Translations under genes and position numbers: made by a program | Notes under the pieces: model-generated | Database searches by the model: none | What the model saw: the letters and a program-made list of their open reading frames with translations, nothing else | What the model was told of the DNA's origin: nothing | Part shown: in pieces, positions 59,782 to 64,000 of the stretch | Numbering within the stretch: the first letter of the stretch is position 1 | Layout: every line of letters starts with the position of its first letter | Origin: Candidatus Poribacteria bacterium | GTDB taxonomy: Bacteria > Poribacteria > WGA-4E > WGA-3G | Reading direction: 5' to 3' | Assembly (NCBI GenBank): GCA_965205025.1 | Contig: CBDBFU010000032.1 | Coordinates: 160,001-224,000 of the forward strand | Length of the DNA stretch: 64,000 nucleotides

Positions 59782-61998
59782 ATGGTTGTTCCATTAATTA
59801 GTATTATTTTACTTGCACCTCTAACAGCATTTGCAATCTATGCTTTATTTGGTTTAGCCAAACAAGAGATACCAAGGCAAGATATTTTATCAACATTTGC
59901 AATGCTTGTTGCCTTCATCTGTTCTATCCTACTCCTCTGGCAAGTAGTTCCAGATCCAGACCCCCATACCATTGATTGGATCTCACTCGGTAGCATAACA
60001 TTTTCAATGGGATTCTACCTGGACAGTGTGACAGTCATAATGCTCATTGTTGTCACCTTGGTGAGTAGCCTTGTACACATTTTCTCAATTGGATATATGC
60101 ATGGTGATCCGAGGTATCCAAGATTCTTTGCATTCCTATCTCTATTCTCATTTTCCATGCTGTTCTTGGTGGTATCCGATAATCTACTCGGTATCTATAT
60201 CGGTTGGGAACTTGTCGGTCTATGTTCCTATCTTCTCATAGGATTCTGGTTTGAAAAAGATTCAGCTGCAGATGCATGTAAGAAAGCATTCCTGACGACT
60301 CGTGTCGGTGATATCGGTATGTTTGTCGGGATGATGATGTTGTTCACAAGATTTGATACACTCTCACTTTATGATGGCGCAAACGAAGGTATCTTTACAC
60401 AGGTTGCTGGATTAAGTGGTACAGGTGATATGGTATGGCTATCTATAGCAGGTATTCTTATTTTTTGTGGTGCAGTTGGTAAATCTGCACAAGTGCCATT
60501 ACACACATGGCTTCCCGATGCGATGGAAGGTCCAACACCAGTTAGTGCTTTGATTCATGCTGCGACAATGGTTGCAGCGGGTGTTTATCTTACAGCACGG
60601 ATGTTTCCCATTTTAACTACATCTTCCTCACTTGTAATTGCCTATGTTGGTGGCATAACGGCTATAGTTGCGGCAACCATTGCAATCGTTCGTTTTGATA
60701 TTAAACGTGTTTTGGCTTATTCCACAGTTAGTCAACTGGGTTTTATGATGTTGGCAATTGGGGCAGGGAGTTATGTCGCGGGACTATTCCACTTGACTAC
60801 ACATGCATTCTTTAAAGCATTACTATTCCTTGGATCAGGCAGTGTTATTCACGCTTTCCACGCAATGCATCATTCACATCATGATGAAGAACACTCAGAA
60901 GATGGAGAACATGCACACGATGACCATAGTTTAGTACACGAACACGGGTCTGAAATTCCTCCAGATCAAGATATGCGGAATATGGGTGGACTTCGTCGAA
61001 AGATGCCATTTACTTTTGGCACTATGCTAATTGCAACCCTATCAATATCAGGTGTGCCTTTTATATTTTCTGGATTTTGGAGTAAAGACAAGATATTAGG
61101 TGGTGTTCTTGAAAGAGCAATGGAATGGAACTCAATTCACCACTACATTCTATTTGTCGTTGCCCTTATTGCTGCAGGTATAACAGCATTTTATATGTTC
61201 CGTCTGATTTTCATGACCTTTTTCGGTGAACCCCAAAACCATGAAATGCATGAGATGGCACACGAGTCTCCATGGGTAATGACCGTTCCACTACTTGTCT
61301 TGATGGTTTTAAGTTTTCCAGTAGTGAACCATATCTGGTTCAACAAAGATTATGTAAAACCACCTGTTCAACATCATATTCATGCTCCAGAACATGCACA
61401 GGTTATACCTGATTCCAAAACAGGTAACACGGAATTTAGTTTGGCATTCTTAGGTGTATCAGAAGCAGTTGCAGCAGAAGGAGAAGAGAATGGAGGCGAT
61501 TCTGAACATGCTGCCGATGAACACCATGGACACAGTCCTGCACATACAATTGCAATGATCCTTTCTATCATTGTTGCGGGTTTAGGTATACTTCTATCAT
61601 GGTTGTTTTACCATAAAAGAAGATTGTCTGCTGAGGCTGTATCAACGACTTTCCGTCCAGTTTACAACCTATTCTGGAATAAGTATTATTTTGACGAATT
61701 TTACGACGGCGTATTAGTCGCACTAACTGTCTGGAAATCTCGACTATTCGCACAATTTGATGGGTCAGTAGTTGATGGTATTGTCAATGGTGTTGGCACA
61801 GTAACCCGTGATGTATTTGCAGCATTCACTGGATTCTTTGATAATAGTGTGGTCGATGGAATTGTTAATCGGATTGCAGAGGTTACCTGGGCATTCGGAG
61901 GAAGAATCCGTAGACTACAAACAGGGGCAATCCAAACATATCTTTTTGTCGTGATAGGTGGGATAGTGTTGATAATTCTTATATTTAGAGTATTATAG
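59782..61998 (+). CDS. nuoL: NADH-quinone oxidoreductase subunit L
   Basis: GWELVGLCSYLLIGFW, KSAQVPLHTWLPDAMEGPTPVSALIHAATMV, HAFFKALLFL. Confidence 0.96.
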   Translation: MVVPLISIILLAPLTAFAIYALFGLAKQEIPRQDILSTFAMLVAFICSILLLWQVVPDPDPHTIDWISLGSITFSMGFYLDSVTVIMLIVVTLVSSLVHIFSIGYMHGDPRYPRFFAFLSLFSFSMLFLVVSDNLLGIYIGWELVGLCSYLLIGFWFEKDSAADACKKAFLTTRVGDIGMFVGMMMLFTRFDTLSLYDGANEGIFTQVAGLSGTGDMVWLSIAGILIFCGAVGKSAQVPLHTWLPDAMEGPTPVSALIHAATMVAAGVYLTARMFPILTTSSSLVIAYVGGITAIVAATIAIVRFDIKRVLAYSTVSQLGFMMLAIGAGSYVAGLFHLTTHAFFKALLFLGSGSVIHAFHAMHHSHHDEEHSEDGEHAHDDHSLVHEHGSEIPPDQDMRNMGGLRRKMPFTFGTMLIATLSISGVPFIFSGFWSKDKILGGVLERAMEWNSIHHYILFVVALIAAGITAFYMFRLIFMTFFGEPQNHEMHEMAHESPWVMTVPLLVLMVLSFPVVNHIWFNKDYVKPPVQHHIHAPEHAQVIPDSKTGNTEFSLAFLGVSEAVAAEGEENGGDSEHAADEHHGHSPAHTIAMILSIIVAGLGILLSWLFYHKRRLSAEAVSTTFRPVYNLFWNKYYFDEFYDGVLVALTVWKSRLFAQFDGSVVDGIVNGVGTVTRDVFAAFTGFFDNSVVDGIVNRIAEVTWAFGGRIRRLQTGAIQTYLFVVIGGIVLIILIFRVL

Positions 61999-62138
61999 TC
62001 TTTCCATTATATGAAGTTTCTGAGACTATTCTTATTATATCACTTAAAAAATAAAGGTCTATTAGTAGCGAGAGAATCAAATTAAACTATTACAATGATT
62101 GCCAAAAAGGTAAATTCAGCGAGGAAGAATACTAAAAA

Positions 62139-63662
62139 ATGTTATTATCGCTAATGATTTTTGTTCCATTGCTTGGGATGGTAGTTGTTTTGCTTCTACC
62201 ACGCGAATCTGAGGAACTCATAAAACGGGTTACACTGCTGTTTACATTCATTCCGCTCATTCTTGCTGTGTATCTATTTATTGTCTATGAGCGTTCAACA
62301 GCTTCATCCCAGTATATTGCTAACATTACATGGATTGAGAAATTTAATATTAACTATCATGTCGGAATTGACGGCTTGAGTGTTACTTTGATCCTTCTGA
62401 CTGCCTTATTGGGACCAATCTGTGTGATAGCATCCTGGCGAAATATAGAAAAAGGTATTAAGGCTTACATGGCACTGTTTCTGATGTTGGAAACAGGTAT
62501 GTTAGGTTTCTTCGCTGCGTTGGATCTATTCCTATTCTATGTTTTCTTTGAACTAACACTATTGCCGATGTATTTCCTAATCGGTGTATGGGGAGGTCCA
62601 CGTCGTGAATATGCGGCAATAAAATTCTTCCTTTACACACTATTTGGTAGTGTGTTGATGTTAGTAGCAATGATTGCTGTCTATCTGACCAGTGGCGATC
62701 CAGGATCACGGACATTTGATATTCCAACCCTAATTGCGTTAGCTTCAACAGAAGGACATGCCCTCAATGATCTGAATTTCCAGATATGGGTTTTCCTTGG
62801 ATTCTTTATCGGTTTTGCTGTCAAAGTTCCAATCTTCCCATTTCATACATGGCTTCCAGATGCACACGTTGAAGCACCGACAGCAATAAGTGTAATTCTT
62901 GCTGGTGTTTTATTAAAGATGGGTACATACGGTCTCGTTCGGATTAACATGGCAATGTTCCCGTTAGGTTTGGATAGATTTACGAATGGTTCGGACTTCT
63001 TGGGTTACAGTCTTGCACTTCTCGGTTTTATAAATATTGTATACGGTTCATTCTGTGCATTAGCACAAACGGATTTTAAAAAATTGGTGGCATATTCCAG
63101 TATTGGACATATGGGATTTGTCATTTTAGGATTGGCAGCCCGAAATGATACCGGTATTTCTGGAGCTATTCTTCAGATGTTTAATCACGGTGTCATCAGT
63201 GCAATGTTATTCCTACTGGTAGGTGTTCTTTATGATCGAGCTCATCATCGTGAGATAAACGGTTTTGGTGGTATAGCAAGTAAAATGCCAATTTACACAG
63301 GAATTACAACACTGGCTTTTATGGCTTCTTTAGGGTTGCCGGGGTTAAGTGGATTTGTAGGGGAGGCACTCTCTCTGCTTGGCGCGTTTGCCAAATATAA
63401 GACGCTGACGATATTATCCACCATTGGTATAGTTGTTGGTGCAGCATATTTTCTATGGACATTACAAAGAGTCTTCATGGGTGCATTGAACCCAGATTAT
63501 GAGGATATACCCGAAATCAACGGTCGTGAAATACTTACCTTAGTTCCACTTGGAATCCTTACCATTGTCCTCGGTGTTTTTCCGCATATAGTAATTGATA
63601 TGTTCAGTGAATCTGTAACCGAACTCACAAAAGTCATTGGCACATTCCAAGCGAACCTATAG
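62139..63662 (+). CDS. nuoM: NADH-quinone oxidoreductase subunit M
   Basis: FHTWLPDAHVEAPT, LLKMGTYG, LVAYSSIGHMG, LGLPGLSGFVGE. Confidence 0.96.
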   Translation: MLLSLMIFVPLLGMVVVLLLPRESEELIKRVTLLFTFIPLILAVYLFIVYERSTASSQYIANITWIEKFNINYHVGIDGLSVTLILLTALLGPICVIASWRNIEKGIKAYMALFLMLETGMLGFFAALDLFLFYVFFELTLLPMYFLIGVWGGPRREYAAIKFFLYTLFGSVLMLVAMIAVYLTSGDPGSRTFDIPTLIALASTEGHALNDLNFQIWVFLGFFIGFAVKVPIFPFHTWLPDAHVEAPTAISVILAGVLLKMGTYGLVRINMAMFPLGLDRFTNGSDFLGYSLALLGFINIVYGSFCALAQTDFKKLVAYSSIGHMGFVILGLAARNDTGISGAILQMFNHGVISAMLFLLVGVLYDRAHHREINGFGGIASKMPIYTGITTLAFMASLGLPGLSGFVGEALSLLGAFAKYKTLTILSTIGIVVGAAYFLWTLQRVFMGALNPDYEDIPEINGREILTLVPLGILTIVLGVFPHIVIDMFSESVTELTKVIGTFQANL

Positions 63663-63671
63663 GAGGATGGT

Positions 63672-64000
63672 GTGGATTACAAGAACAATATTGAGAGTAT
63701 CCTCTATTTCACACCAGAGATCCTACTCATCGTATTTGCCGCAGCAGTTATCATCCTTGATCTTTTTGTTAAGAACAGGGATAGTCAGAAGGTCGCATAT
63801 TTATCTCTGATAGGTCTTGGTTGTACTTTAGTTGCAGTTCTAATTACAAATTCATTAATTGCGGATAGTTCTTTACCCCTTTTCTTGGGTATGATTCGCT
63901 TAGATAAGTTTGCGGTTTTTTTCAAAGTATTGTTAGTATTAGCAACTGCAGCAACTATCCTGTTCTCACTCCGATCCGATGAAATTGATGCAAGATTAAA
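63672..64000 (+). CDS. nuoN: NADH-quinone oxidoreductase subunit N (5' part; runs off the window end)
   Basis: GTG after GGAGG; MDYKNNIESILYFTPEILLIVFAAAVIILDL...LFLGMIRLDKFAVFFK; position after nuoM. Confidence 0.85.
   Translation, partial: MDYKNNIESILYFTPEILLIVFAAAVIILDLFVKNRDSQKVAYLSLIGLGCTLVAVLITNSLIADSSLPLFLGMIRLDKFAVFFKVLLVLATAATILFSLRSDEIDARL

Noticed and set aside
1620-63478. Many short antisense or overlapping ORFs in the six-frame track
   Set aside because: They lie within well-supported genes and lack motifs; treated as shadow ORFs.

Overview
AT-rich bacterial chromosome segment. The gene content points to Candidatus Poribacteria or a relative (inference): LamG proteins ending in VExxGKxTTxWxxLK, proteins with LLQNYPNPFNPETWIPY C-termini, and WD40 proteins. 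Left arm: clpB (partial, sigma54-type promoter), two LamG paralogs, purN and an ECF sigma/anti-sigma/vWA locus. About 11.4-27.6 kb is a defence island: FRG-TPR, a methyltransferase with a nuclease-like tail, and a type III R-M system whose mod and res genes are ~8 kb apart. The cargo between them is DUF3800, an ApeA-like HEPN protein, a HEPN-like/helical-protein pair and an HTH-ImmA/IrrE + PIN pair. The strongest unexplained signal is a ~77-nt three-way-junction RNA that abuts the DUF3800 stop codon on the opposite strand and has its own sigma70 promoter and U-tract. Right arm: secreted and catabolic genes, a truncated IS630-like element, several MITE/REP families, and a nuoABCD-HIJKLMN operon lacking nuoEFG with an extra domain in NuoI. 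Three homopolymer frameshifts, one in nuoD, suggest assembly indel errors. No CRISPR array, tRNA, rRNA or reverse transcriptase was seen.
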